A stretch of 64,000 nt of DNA from an uncultured Synergistaceae bacterium (GTDB taxonomy: Bacteria > Synergistota > Synergistia > Synergistales > Dethiosulfovibrionaceae): assembly GCA_964622575.1 (NCBI GenBank), contig CAZUQW010000009.1, forward strand, positions 272 to 64,271, read 5' to 3'. The translations under genes were made by a program, and so were the position numbers. Below are positions 17,383 to 27,144 of the stretch, piece by piece (within the stretch, counting starts at the first letter, position 1; the number at the start of each line of letters is the position of its first letter). The notes under the pieces are model-generated. The model was not told where the DNA came from. It made no database searches and saw nothing but the letters and a program-made list of their open reading frames with translations.

Positions 17383-18774
17383 TCATCGGTCATTGCGGTT
17401 CAAAGCGTATCGCCCGCAAGCTTCCACGAAATTCCGTGCAGCCTGCGGGCAGCCGGCGAAGTGGAGGTGCAGATAGGACGCGACGATGGCGTCGCCGGCG
17501 AAGCCGGCGTTTTTCGTCTCTCCGGTGCGCTTTCTGACGATGCGCCAAGCCGTAGAGTTTTCCGGCGCGTCGCTCGCCGCTTCCGACGAAGAGAAATGAA
17601 ACTCGTGTCCGCGGACGGTCATTCCCGCATCCCCGAGAACGGTATTGCGCAGCAGCTGAGCTTCCACGTAGCCAACGGTCTGAAGGCGGGAGTTCATTTT
17701 GCACCGCGCAGGGACGATGCCCGTCATGGGAAAGACGGCGCCGTTGAAGTCGGCGATGCTGCAGGTGAGATACATGTAGCCGCCGCACTCGGCATAAATG
17801 GGCAGCCCCGAGGCAGCCGCCGCGGCGATGGAACGCTTCATCTCGCCGTTGTCAGCCAGAGCGGCGGCGAACATCTCCGGAAAACCGCCACCGAGGACAA
17901 GGCCGTCGCACTCGGGGAGTCGTCGGTCGGTCAGCGGGCTGAAAAAGATCAGCTGCGCGCCGCAATGCTCGAGCTCGGCCAGGCTTTCGGGGTAGTAGAA
18001 GGAAAAGGCCCGATCTCGGGCCACGGCGATGACGGCCTTTTTCGCTTCGGCGGGATTGTCGCGCGCCGGCACGTCAAGATCGGACGCCGAATCGGCGATT
18101 CTCATCAGCGCTTCGAGGTCCACGGAACGATCGATCTGTTCCACCAGCGCTTCGAAGTTTTCGCCCTTGTTTTCGTCGGCGGGCAACAGGCCGAGGTGAC
18201 GTTCCGAAATGCCGAGGCGGTCGTCACGCGCCAGCGCTCCCAGCACGGGAATTCCCAGACGGCTCAGCGCCTCGGTGATAATGCGGCGGTGGGAGTCTGA
18301 ACCGAGGCGGTTCAAGATGACGCCGCGCAGGTCAACTTCGCGGTCGTACTCGCGAAAGCCCAGCGCCAGCGCGGCGGCGCTTTCGCCCATGGACTGGGCG
18401 TTCATGACCAGCACCACGGGAGCGCGCAGCAGCTTTGATATCTCCGCGGTGCTGCTGACGCCGCGGCTTCCGCCGTCGTAGAGGCCCATGACGCCTTCGA
18501 TGACGGCTCCGCGGGAGGATCCGGCGCTTTCGGCGAAAATGCGCTTCATGGTCATTTCGTCGGTGAGCCAGGTGTCGAGGTTGTGGGCGGGCCGTCCGGC
18601 GGCGCGCGAAAGATAGCCCGGGTCGATGTAGTCGGGGCCGATTTTGAAGGGCGTAAGTGAAAGGCCGCGCCGCTTGAGCGCCGCCAGTATCCCGCAGGTC
18701 AGCGTCGTTTTGCCCGAGCCGCTGTGGGCTGCGGCAATGACAATTCTCGGAATTTTGCGCAGGTGCGGCGTCAT
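17383..18774 (-). CDS. cbiA: Cobyrinate a,c-diamide synthase
   Basis: SGSGKTT, FKIGPDYIDP, IEGVMGLYDG, GATase IYAECGGYMYL, GHEFH, SYLHLHF. Confidence 0.94.
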   Translation of the reverse strand: MTPHLRKIPRIVIAAAHSGSGKTTLTCGILAALKRRGLSLTPFKIGPDYIDPGYLSRAAGRPAHNLDTWLTDEMTMKRIFAESAGSSRGAVIEGVMGLYDGGSRGVSSTAEISKLLRAPVVLVMNAQSMGESAAALALGFREYDREVDLRGVILNRLGSDSHRRIITEALSRLGIPVLGALARDDRLGISERHLGLLPADENKGENFEALVEQIDRSVDLEALMRIADSASDLDVPARDNPAEAKKAVIAVARDRAFSFYYPESLAELEHCGAQLIFFSPLTDRRLPECDGLVLGGGFPEMFAAALADNGEMKRSIAAAAASGLPIYAECGGYMYLTCSIADFNGAVFPMTGIVPARCKMNSRLQTVGYVEAQLLRNTVLGDAGMTVRGHEFHFSSSEAASDAPENSTAWRIVRKRTGETKNAGFAGDAIVASYLHLHFAGCPQAARNFVEACGRYALNRNDR

Positions 18775-18900
18775 GACGTCATCTCCTGTTCGTCGTGAAA
18801 GCACTGATCGAAAAATGAAAATTTTATCGATCCTTTCCGGAGGCCGAAACGCCTCGTGAGCGTCGGCAGGATCGCGTAAAGCTCTATCGCGCGATTGCCG

Positions 18901-19881
18901 TCAAAAGGCGATGCTGCCCTCGCGCAGCCAGCGGGCCACGTCCATGGCAGAGTAGGTGATAATCACGTCGGCACCGGCGCGCGCGAGGCAGTACATGGCT
19001 TCGGACACGGCGCGTTTCTCGTCGAGCCAGCCGTTGGCGGCGGCCGCCTTGATCATGGCGTATTCGCCGCTGACGCAATAGGTTCCCACGGGAACGGAGC
19101 AGGCTTCTTTCACGGCGCGCAGCACGTCCATATACAGCAGGCCGGGCTTGACCATGACCATGTCGGCGCCCTCGTCAATGTCGAGCATGGCCTCTTTCAG
19201 CCCTTCGCGGGCGTTGCGCGGATCCATCTGGTAGGCGCGGCGGTCGCCGAAAGCGGGAGCGGAGCCGGCGGCGTCGCGGAAGGGACCGTAAAAGGCCGAG
19301 GCGTATTTGACGGCATAGGAGAAGATGATTTTGTTCTTCATGCCGGCGGCGTCAAGTCCCGCTCTGATGGCCGCCACGTGGCCGTCCATCATGTCCGAGG
19401 GGGCGACGATGTCGGCGCCGGCGGCGGCTTGGGAGACGGCGATGCGCGTCAGGTATTCCAGCGTCTCGTCGTTGTCCACTTCCGTGCCGTGAAGGATGCC
19501 GCAGTGCCCGTGGCTGGTGTACTCGCACATGCATACGTCGCCGATGAAGGTGACGTGGGGGAATTCTTTTTTGCCGATGCGCAGCGCCTGCTGGATCACG
19601 CCGTCGTCGGCCCACGCGCCGGTTCCCTTTGCGTCTTTGTGCTCGGGCAGGCCGAAAAGCAGCACCGAGCCGACGCCCGACTGAGTCATCTCCTCGAGGA
19701 CGCGGGGAAAGGTGTCGGGACTGTAACGCTTCTGTCCGGGCAGAGAGGGAATGTCCTCGACGATGTTCTTGCCTTCACGGATGAAAACGGGGTAGATGAA
19801 CATGTCGGGGCTTAAACGGGTCTCGGCCACCATGTTGCGGATTGCGGGGGAGACGCGCAGTCTTCTGGGTCTTACGATCAT
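18901..19881 (-). CDS. hemB: Porphobilinogen synthase (ALA dehydratase)
   Basis: RPRRLR, DVCMCEYTSHGHCG, APSDMMDG, MVKPG. Confidence 0.96.
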   Translation of the reverse strand: MIVRPRRLRVSPAIRNMVAETRLSPDMFIYPVFIREGKNIVEDIPSLPGQKRYSPDTFPRVLEEMTQSGVGSVLLFGLPEHKDAKGTGAWADDGVIQQALRIGKKEFPHVTFIGDVCMCEYTSHGHCGILHGTEVDNDETLEYLTRIAVSQAAAGADIVAPSDMMDGHVAAIRAGLDAAGMKNKIIFSYAVKYASAFYGPFRDAAGSAPAFGDRRAYQMDPRNAREGLKEAMLDIDEGADMVMVKPGLLYMDVLRAVKEACSVPVGTYCVSGEYAMIKAAAANGWLDEKRAVSEAMYCLARAGADVIITYSAMDVARWLREGSIAF

Positions 19882-21332
19882 TTTTTATAGTGCTCCTTTA
19901 AGGTGTCTACAAGATGCTCCAGAGTTGCCTTTTTCGCGATGCCGATGATTTCGAATCCCTGGCGCCGCGCTTCTGCGGCGGTCTGTTCGCCGATGCAGCA
20001 CGCAAAGGGCACGGTCAGATGGGGACAGGTCTGCTTGAAGGCCCTGACGGTGGACGCGCTGGTGAACACGACGGCGTCCACGTCTCGCGGCGTAAAGGGA
20101 GCGGGACGCGCCACGGTGCGGTACAGCGCCGCTTCTGTAAATCGCGCGCCATGCCGCTCCAATGTCGTCGTCAATTCGGGGGCGCCGTCGAGGGCGCGGA
20201 ACAGCAGAATTTTTTCGCCCTTCGCCTGCTCCGCCAGCGCTTCGGCCATGTGGCGGCCGTCGTAGACCTGCGGGATCAGGTCGACGCGCAGTCCCCGTTC
20301 GTTCAGGGCTGTGGCCGTGGTTGGGCCGATGGCGGCGATTTTGGCATTCCCCATGGAACGCACGTCGCGCCCCTCTTTCTGAAGGCGCGCGAAAAAGCAC
20401 TCCACGCCGGTGACGCTGGTAAAGCCGATCCACGAGGCGTCAAGCGGCGGCAACGGCCTGTCCAACGGCAGAGTCTCGATGACGGGAAACTCCACCACCT
20501 CGGCGCCGAGGTCGCGCAGCATCCGCGAAAGCCGTCCCTGTCTTTTTCTCGGGCGCGTGACCACCGTTTTGACGCCCCAGAGAGGAAGTGCCCCGTGCCA
20601 GTCCAATTTCTCGCCGAGGTCGGCCACGGAGCCGACGACGACCACCGCCGGCGAGGCCAGTTTGTATCGAGCGGCTTTCTCAGCGAAGTCCTCAAGTTTT
20701 CCCGTGAGCCGTCTCTGTCGCGCCGTGGTGCCCCATTGGACGGCGGCCATGGGCGTGTGGGGAGAAAAGCCCTCGCGCAGAAGGCGAGTGCAGATTTCGG
20801 GCAATGATGAAACGCCCATGAGAAAGACCAGCGTTCCGCCGAGATGAGCCAGAGCGGCGTAATCCTGTTCGGCGATGCCGCCTTCCCGAGTGTGCGCCGT
20901 GATGATGTGCAGAGAGTTGGCGCAGCCGCGGTGCGTCACGGGAATTCCAGCGCATTCCGGCGCGGCGATGGCCGACGTAACGCCGGGGATGGCCTCGCAG
21001 GCGATGCCCGAAGCGGCGAGTCGTTCCATCTCCTCGCCGCCGCGGCCGAACAGAAAGGGGTCGCCGCCCTTCAGGCGGACGACCTGTTTGCCTTCCAGCG
21101 CCTTGTCGACGAGAATTTTTTCGATCTCTTCCTGGGGCACGGGATGACAGCCGCCGCACTTGCCGACGTTGATGCCTTCGGCGTCGGTCGGTATCAGCGA
21201 CAGCACGCCGTCGCCGGCCAGTCGGTCGTAGACGACCACGTCGGCGCTTTCGAGGATCTCGCGGCCGCGGCAGGTCAGCAGCCCCGGATCTCCGGGACCG
21301 GCGCCCACCAGCCAGACTTTTCCTTGTGCCAT
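19878..21332 (-). CDS. cobA: Uroporphyrinogen-III C-methyltransferase / uroporphyrinogen-III synthase fusion
   Basis: LVGAGPGDPGLLT, VVRLKGGDPFLFGRGGEE; C-terminal HemD domain VVTRPR, FTSVTGV, AAIGPTT. Confidence 0.93.
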   Translation of the reverse strand: MAQGKVWLVGAGPGDPGLLTCRGREILESADVVVYDRLAGDGVLSLIPTDAEGINVGKCGGCHPVPQEEIEKILVDKALEGKQVVRLKGGDPFLFGRGGEEMERLAASGIACEAIPGVTSAIAAPECAGIPVTHRGCANSLHIITAHTREGGIAEQDYAALAHLGGTLVFLMGVSSLPEICTRLLREGFSPHTPMAAVQWGTTARQRRLTGKLEDFAEKAARYKLASPAVVVVGSVADLGEKLDWHGALPLWGVKTVVTRPRKRQGRLSRMLRDLGAEVVEFPVIETLPLDRPLPPLDASWIGFTSVTGVECFFARLQKEGRDVRSMGNAKIAAIGPTTATALNERGLRVDLIPQVYDGRHMAEALAEQAKGEKILLFRALDGAPELTTTLERHGARFTEAALYRTVARPAPFTPRDVDAVVFTSASTVRAFKQTCPHLTVPFACCIGEQTAAEARRQGFEIIGIAKKATLEHLVDTLKEHYKK

Positions 21333-21336
21333 GTTC

Positions 21337-22230
21337 TCACCTCATCTCGTTGAGGATCTTCTTCGCCAGCTTTTCGCCGAGGCCTTTGGCCTCGGTCCTT
21401 GGCCCGGCGATGACGGCGCGGCGCAGAAAGTTTTGGCCTTCGGAGGCGAAAAAGCCGCGCAGCCGCAGCTCGTTTCCGGAAATTTCGGCAAAGGCTCCCA
21501 CCGGCGCGGCGCAGCCGCCTCCAAGAGCTTTCGAAAAGCTTCGTTCCGCCGCGGCGCAGTCCCACGAAGTCCTGTCGGCGATGCTGGCGATCCACGGGGC
21601 GTACTCGCCGCCCTCTCGTCCCTGGCAGGCGAGAATGCCCTGCCCGGGCGCCGGAACGATTTCGTCGGGGGAGAAAACGCGGCTGATGCGGCCGTGAAGG
21701 CCGAGGCGTTTCAAGCCGGCGGCGGCGAGAATCAGCGCCGAAAAAAGGCCGTCGTCCAGCTTTTTCAGGCGGGTGCCCACGTTGCCGCGCACGGGCTGAA
21801 TGTCTGCGCCGATGAAAAGCGGCCGAGCCTGCAACCGTCGGCGTGACGACGAACACCCGATGAGACGTAAAGGATTTTGTCCATTTTCGCCTTTGGGCAG
21901 CACCAGCGCGTCCCGCGGGTCTTCTCGTTTGAAGCAGGCGATGATGGGAAGGCGCGGATCCTGCTGGGCGGGCACGTCTTTCAGGCTGTGGACGGCCACG
22001 TCGATGGCGCCGCTCAGCAGCGCCTCTTCGAGTTCCTGGGTAAAAAGTCCCTTGATGCCCCTGGGGTCCGACGCCTCCGAAAAGGGTTTCATGGTGACGT
22101 CGCCGGTGGTGGTCATGGGGACGATTTCCAGGGCGTACTCGGGATGGGCCTGTCGGACGGCTTCCATGACCAAACGGGTCTGGGCCAGGGCGAGGGCGCT
22201 CTTTCGCGTTCCAAAGCGGATGGTTTTCAT
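21337..22230 (-). CDS. hemC: Porphobilinogen deaminase
   Basis: GTRKSALALAQ, KGLFT, AVHSLKDVP, REDPRD, SSSRR, RGNVGTRL; start ATG 22230. Confidence 0.95.
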   Translation of the reverse strand: MKTIRFGTRKSALALAQTRLVMEAVRQAHPEYALEIVPMTTTGDVTMKPFSEASDPRGIKGLFTQELEEALLSGAIDVAVHSLKDVPAQQDPRLPIIACFKREDPRDALVLPKGENGQNPLRLIGCSSSRRRLQARPLFIGADIQPVRGNVGTRLKKLDDGLFSALILAAAGLKRLGLHGRISRVFSPDEIVPAPGQGILACQGREGGEYAPWIASIADRTSWDCAAAERSFSKALGGGCAAPVGAFAEISGNELRLRGFFASEGQNFLRRAVIAGPRTEAKGLGEKLAKKILNEMR

Positions 22231-23450
22231 TGTCCGTTGGGCCTCTCTTTCCGATGGTCCAGTTCCTCCTCGAGAATCTGCGGCCACAGACGGCGCACTC
22301 TGTTCGCCAGACGGTGAGTCAGATCTGGAGCCAATCCCGCCGTGGTCACGGCGACTGCTGCCCACGAATCGCCGATGAGCGCCGGAAAATAGAAAGTCCC
22401 CTCGGCGGCGTTGTCGGCCACGCTGACGGGAATGCGGCGCCGTTTGGCCTCTTCGGCCACGGCGTGATTGACGTGGCGGCTGTCGGTCGCGGCCACGGCA
22501 AGGCAGGCGCCTTCCAGATCGCCGTCTCTGTAGTCGCGCTCGATTTTGACGGCGTCCACGTCCCAGCCGGTGCAGAATTTCGGCGCAACCACGCGAAGCG
22601 AAGCGCCGCAGCGGGCAAGGGTTTTCGCCCGGCGCAGCGCCACGGCTCCGGCTCCCACGATGACGGCAGTTTTCTTTTCCAGCGGCAAAAACAGGGGAAA
22701 AGGCGGCGGAGCCGGAAGTTTCAGGTCACGGCGAAGCTTCAGCAGCGCCTCTTCGGGCGTCAGTCCCGCTTCGTCGGGCCTTCCGATGACGATGACGCGC
22801 GCTCCCGCTTCCTGAGCGGCCGAAAGTTTTTCCTTCATGCCGCCGGCGTCGCCGCCGTCCTTGGTGACCACGACGGAAGCGCCGGTTGCGGCCAGCATCT
22901 GACGGTTCATCTCGGCGGTAAAGGGACCCTGCATGGCGATGAGGTGTCCCGCGTCGTAGCCCAGCGACTCGCACTGGGCGATGACGTCCGACGTGGGGAG
23001 AACGCGGGCGTAAAGGCGCTGCCGCCCGTTGGCGACGGAAGCGAAGGCCGGCAATTCTTTGCTGCCCACGGTCAGCAGAACTTTTTCGTCGCTGCGGTTC
23101 AGCAGTTCCGCCGCTTCCCGAGGCGAGCCGACGACGGTGACGTCGCCGAAAAGAGGCGTTTTCCGCCGGATCACCCGCAGATAGGCGACGCCCGATTTTT
23201 TGCAGGCGGTTTTGATGTTTTTCGTGACTTCCGTCGCATAGGGATGGGTGGCGTCAACGACCACGTCGGGATTTTCTCTGCGGAAAAGAGCCTCCATGGC
23301 CGCTTCGTCGAGGCGTCCCACGCGCACTTCGACGTCTTTCAAGCCCTGGAGCAGCTTTGCGCCGTAGTCGGTGGCCACGCAGCAAAGCGCCGGCAGTCCC
23401 CGCTCGAGAAGCCATCGGGCTTCTGTGGTGCCTCCGAAAAGGACGATCAT
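22227..23450 (-). CDS. cbiJ: Precorrin-6A reductase (CbiJ/CobK) fused to precorrin-2 dehydrogenase (SirC/CysG-N)
   Basis: FGGTTEAR, DATHPYA, AMQGPF, TKDGG; C-terminal FPLFL...IVGAGAVALRRA, AATDSRHVN. Confidence 0.87.
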   Translation of the reverse strand: MIVLFGGTTEARWLLERGLPALCCVATDYGAKLLQGLKDVEVRVGRLDEAAMEALFRRENPDVVVDATHPYATEVTKNIKTACKKSGVAYLRVIRRKTPLFGDVTVVGSPREAAELLNRSDEKVLLTVGSKELPAFASVANGRQRLYARVLPTSDVIAQCESLGYDAGHLIAMQGPFTAEMNRQMLAATGASVVVTKDGGDAGGMKEKLSAAQEAGARVIVIGRPDEAGLTPEEALLKLRRDLKLPAPPPFPLFLPLEKKTAVIVGAGAVALRRAKTLARCGASLRVVAPKFCTGWDVDAVKIERDYRDGDLEGACLAVAATDSRHVNHAVAEEAKRRRIPVSVADNAAEGTFYFPALIGDSWAAVAVTTAGLAPDLTHRLANRVRRLWPQILEEELDHRKERPNGQ

Positions 23451-24169
23451 GGGCGCAGGTACCCGCGGGGCGTGATGAGCGTTTCCGCCCGGCGCTCCGT
23501 CGCGCTGCTGCCGATGATGACGGTGCAGAACATGTCCAACTTTTCGTCCTTGAGTTTTCTGAGCGTGGACAAATGGCGTTCCTGCCCGTCACGTCCTGCG
23601 TTGCGGACCCAGCCGCAGGGCGTGTCGGCGTCTTTGTGCCTCAGCAAAATCTCGCAGGCGCGGCGAAGGGTGTCGGGGCGTCCATGGCTCATGGGATTGT
23701 AGAGGCAGATGACGAAATCGCCCGAAGCGGCGGCCTCAAGGCGACGGGCGATGGTGTCCCATGAGGTGAGCAGGTCGCTCAAACTGATCACGGCGAAATC
23801 GTGGGTCAGCGGTGCGCCCAGCACTGCCGCTGCCGCGCAGGCTGCCGTCACGCCGGGAATGACCTCCACGCAGTCCTGTCCCGCCGCCGTTTCGAGCATG
23901 ATTCCCGCCATGCCGTACACGCCGGGATCGCCGCTTGAAACGAGGCCAACGGTTTTCCCGCTCCGCGAGAGGCGCAGCGCTTCGCGGCAGCGTTCCACTT
24001 CGCCCTTCATGGGGGAGGCGACCAGCTCTTTTCGGCCTTCAAAGCGCGAAGCGATTAGGTCGATATAGGTTTTATAGCCGATGATGACGTCGCATTTTTG
24101 GAGGGCGCCAAGCGCCAGAGGCGTCATCTGCTCTTCCGATCCGGGCCCCAGTCCGACGACGTAAATCAT
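23447..24169 (-). CDS. cbiH: Precorrin-3B C17-methyltransferase
   Basis: VVGLGPG, IIGYKTYIDL, VSSGDPGVYGMAG, SLSDLLT, LYNP. Confidence 0.93.
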   Translation of the reverse strand: MIYVVGLGPGSEEQMTPLALGALQKCDVIIGYKTYIDLIASRFEGRKELVASPMKGEVERCREALRLSRSGKTVGLVSSGDPGVYGMAGIMLETAAGQDCVEVIPGVTAACAAAAVLGAPLTHDFAVISLSDLLTSWDTIARRLEAAASGDFVICLYNPMSHGRPDTLRRACEILLRHKDADTPCGWVRNAGRDGQERHLSTLRKLKDEKLDMFCTVIIGSSATERRAETLITPRGYLRP

Positions 24170-25167
24170 GGCCGGTCCTCGTTTTTTTCAGCGCACATGT
24201 TCCATTCCACCTTTGAAGAGTTCTTCTGTGATGCCACGGGGATGCGCGCCAGGGCAAGCGTGATCCCGGGATAGACCGTTTTGCCGCGCAGAAGCGGACC
24301 GCCGCCTGAAGCCAGCACGGCGGCGCGCTCGCACACGTTGTCGACGCCGGTGACGGCCAGCACTTTTTCCGAAGCGGAAAATCTCCCCCGAAGCCGCGAA
24401 AGTTGGGATGCCGAGGAAGTTTCAAAGGGGATTTTCAGCTCCGCCGCCAGGGCGTTCAGCGCCGGCTCGTCGGCTTTGAGGTCGATGGACGCCAGCTTGC
24501 GCAGCGACAGTGCCGAGACTCCCGCACCGCGCAGAAAATCCCGCAAAGCGTCGCGCAGTGCCTCGAGGGGCGTGTTCTTTTTGCACCCCGCGCCCAGCAC
24601 CAGGTTTTTCGGACGCAGCCACAGCGTCACCGGCCACGGAGCGGGCTGAAGCTGCTCCGTCACGGCGACGCCGATGGGGCGCCCTTCCAGAGCCGCCGAA
24701 GAGACGTGTTTGATGGCTTCGACGTTTTCGATGGCGCAGTCGTGCGCCTTTGCCCAGACGTCGACGGCGGTCACGCCGTGAACGTCAGTGGCCGTGGTGA
24801 TGACGGGAACGCCGCCCGTGATGGCCGCTGTTTTTACGGCCAGCTCGTTGGCGCCGCCCAGATGCCCCGACAGCAGCGAGATGACGTGGCGCCCGTGGTC
24901 GTCAAGGCAGATCACCGCGGGATCGTGGGCTTTGTCCTTGAGGCAGGGCGCTACGGCGCGCACGGCGATGCCGCAAGCGGAGATGAAAATAATGGCGTCG
25001 CTGTCGTCAAAGTGCTTTTCGGCCCAGCACGAGAGAGGCATATCCAGCGGCAGAACGGCGCCGCCGGCATATTTGGCCGGCGCCCAGAGCGTTCCGCCCA
25101 GGACGGCCGAGATCTTTTCGGCCAACGCAACGCCGTCGGCGGTAAACGCCAGGATGTGAAGCCTCAT
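24166..25167 (-). CDS. cbiG: Cobalt-precorrin-5A hydrolase
   Basis: SACGIAVR, DPAVICLDD, LLSGHLGGAN, VITTATD, GAGCKK, GVDNVCE; start ATG 25167. Confidence 0.92.
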   Translation of the reverse strand: MRLHILAFTADGVALAEKISAVLGGTLWAPAKYAGGAVLPLDMPLSCWAEKHFDDSDAIIFISACGIAVRAVAPCLKDKAHDPAVICLDDHGRHVISLLSGHLGGANELAVKTAAITGGVPVITTATDVHGVTAVDVWAKAHDCAIENVEAIKHVSSAALEGRPIGVAVTEQLQPAPWPVTLWLRPKNLVLGAGCKKNTPLEALRDALRDFLRGAGVSALSLRKLASIDLKADEPALNALAAELKIPFETSSASQLSRLRGRFSASEKVLAVTGVDNVCERAAVLASGGGPLLRGKTVYPGITLALARIPVASQKNSSKVEWNMCAEKNEDRP

Positions 25168-25919
25168 TTCGACGCCTTTCGGAAGCCGTGGCTGAAGGCT
25201 CCGTCGTAGAGTTTCGAGAGGCTGTAGCGGTTTCCGAGGAAGTTTCCGACGAGGATGAGCGCCGTGTTGCGGATGTTCTCCTTTTCGGCCTGTTGGGCGA
25301 TGTCCGCCAGCGTGCCCCGCAGGATTTTCTGCTCCGGCCACGAGGCTTTGTAGACCACGGCGGCCGGCGTTTCGGGCGCGTATCCGCCCTGAAGAAGCGC
25401 GGCGCAGGTGGACTCCATCAGCCCCGACGACAGAAAGAGCGCCATGGACGCCTGGTGTTTCGCCAGAAGCTGCAGCTTCTCCTTGGGCGGCACGGGAGTG
25501 CGGCCTTCCATGCGCGTGATGATCAGCGTCTGGCTGACGTCGGGCAGAGTGTATTCCGCTTCGAGGGCGGCGGCGGCGGCGCAAAACGAGCTGACGCCGG
25601 GTGTCACGTCGAATTCAATGTGAAGGGCGCTGAGACGGTCCATCTGCTCGCGGATGGCGCCGTAAACCGAAGGATCGCCGGTGTGCAGCCGCACTACGTC
25701 GAGTCCGCGCTCGTTCGCCGAGACCATCTTTTCAATCACTTCGTCAAGGGTCATGGAAGCGCTGTTGTGGATTTCACAGTTTGGGCGCGCGTTTTTCAGC
25801 AGTTCGGGGTTGACCAGCGACCCCGCGTAGATGATCATGCCCGCCTGGGAGAGCAGCTTCGCTCCGCGCAGCGTGATCAGGTCGGGGGCGCCCGGCCCCG
25901 CTCCAACGAAATGGATCAT
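25164..25919 (-). CDS. cbiF: Precorrin-4 C11-methyltransferase
   Basis: FVGAGPGAPDLIT, YAGSLV, RLHTGDPSVYGA, SQTLIITR. Confidence 0.95.
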   Translation of the reverse strand: MIHFVGAGPGAPDLITLRGAKLLSQAGMIIYAGSLVNPELLKNARPNCEIHNSASMTLDEVIEKMVSANERGLDVVRLHTGDPSVYGAIREQMDRLSALHIEFDVTPGVSSFCAAAAALEAEYTLPDVSQTLIITRMEGRTPVPPKEKLQLLAKHQASMALFLSSGLMESTCAALLQGGYAPETPAAVVYKASWPEQKILRGTLADIAQQAEKENIRNTALILVGNFLGNRYSLSKLYDGAFSHGFRKASK

Positions 25920-25920
25920 G

Positions 25921-27144
25921 TCAGCAGCCTTCTTTCCCTGAGGCCGTAAGGCCCGTGAAAATGGTAACGGAATTTTGAGCGGCCATAATCAGCGTGCTGC
26001 CGATGCGCTTGGCGCGGCTGACCGACGTCTGCACCGCGTCGAAATCGGTGAACATCGGACCGGAAAGGATTTCCGCCGCGGCCGCAAAGGTCTTGAGCGA
26101 AACTGCCGAGACGACGACGCGAATATTTCCGCCCAGCGCCGCGACGGTTTTCAGAAGCTCCGGCAGTTCGGCCCCGCTGCCGCCTACGAAGACGTGGGTG
26201 GGACGGGGCAGCGACGGCAGAACTTTCAAGTTGTCGCCGCAAAAGATTTTGATATTGTGCCGGTGGAATTTTTTGGCGTTGCGGCCGATCAGCTCCGCAG
26301 CGTCGGGATTTTTCTCCACGGCGCAAACCAGGCCGTCGTCGCAGATCAGCGCACCGGCCACTGAGACGGACCCCGTTCCGGCGCCCAGGTCCCAAAGCAC
26401 TGAATTTTTTTCGAGGCGCAGCTCGTCGAGAACGGCGGAACGCACCACCTGGCGGGTCATGGGCGCCTCGGTGCGGATAAACTCGTCGTCGAGGAGCCGC
26501 CGCGCCGGTTTCGTCCATGGAGTGGGGTTTTCGATCATCACGAGCGACAAATCGTCATAGCTGCCGCGCGCCAGCTCCGACGGGCGCCCGACGGTCAGTT
26601 TCTGGTCGTCGTAGCTGAGTCGCTCGCCGACGGCGAGACGCAGAAAATCCATGCCGTTATCCGCCAGAAGGGAACTGAGGCGGGCGGGGTTCCACTGAGG
26701 TCCGCAGAAAAACAGCGTCTTTCCGTTCTGGTCGGCGGCGTCGAGAATTTTGGCCTCGCCGATGGCTTTGCCGTGCCCCGAAAGGATCACCGCGTCGTTC
26801 CATGTGGTTTTCAGCAGGGCGCACAGCGTCTGGACGGAGCTGATGCCCGGAAGCACCGCCAGGTCCTCGTCGGGAAAACGGCGTGCCAGCAACGGCAGCA
26901 GACTGTAAATTCCCGTGTCGCCCGATACGATGACCGCCACCGATCGGGAGTTCAGCGCTTCGTCGATCTGGCGGAAGGTTTCATCGAAGTTTTCAAGCTC
27001 GACGACGGGGCGCCCCGCCGCCAAAGGCTTGTGGCGTCGTGCGGCCACCACCAGCCCCGCTTTCGAGATGGCCTCGCGGCCGTCCTGCGTCAGCTGTCCG
27101 GCGCTGCCGGGGCCGGCTCCGATGACGTACAGTTTATGTCTCAT
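25921..27144 (-). CDS. cbiET: Precorrin-6Y C5,15-methyltransferase (CbiE-CbiT fusion)
   Basis: VIGAGPG, SGDTGIYS, SGHG; CbiT half WDLGAGTGSVS, AVEK, VFVGGS; start ATG 27144. Confidence 0.9.
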   Translation of the reverse strand: MRHKLYVIGAGPGSAGQLTQDGREAISKAGLVVAARRHKPLAAGRPVVELENFDETFRQIDEALNSRSVAVIVSGDTGIYSLLPLLARRFPDEDLAVLPGISSVQTLCALLKTTWNDAVILSGHGKAIGEAKILDAADQNGKTLFFCGPQWNPARLSSLLADNGMDFLRLAVGERLSYDDQKLTVGRPSELARGSYDDLSLVMIENPTPWTKPARRLLDDEFIRTEAPMTRQVVRSAVLDELRLEKNSVLWDLGAGTGSVSVAGALICDDGLVCAVEKNPDAAELIGRNAKKFHRHNIKIFCGDNLKVLPSLPRPTHVFVGGSGAELPELLKTVAALGGNIRVVVSAVSLKTFAAAAEILSGPMFTDFDAVQTSVSRAKRIGSTLIMAAQNSVTIFTGLTASGKEGC

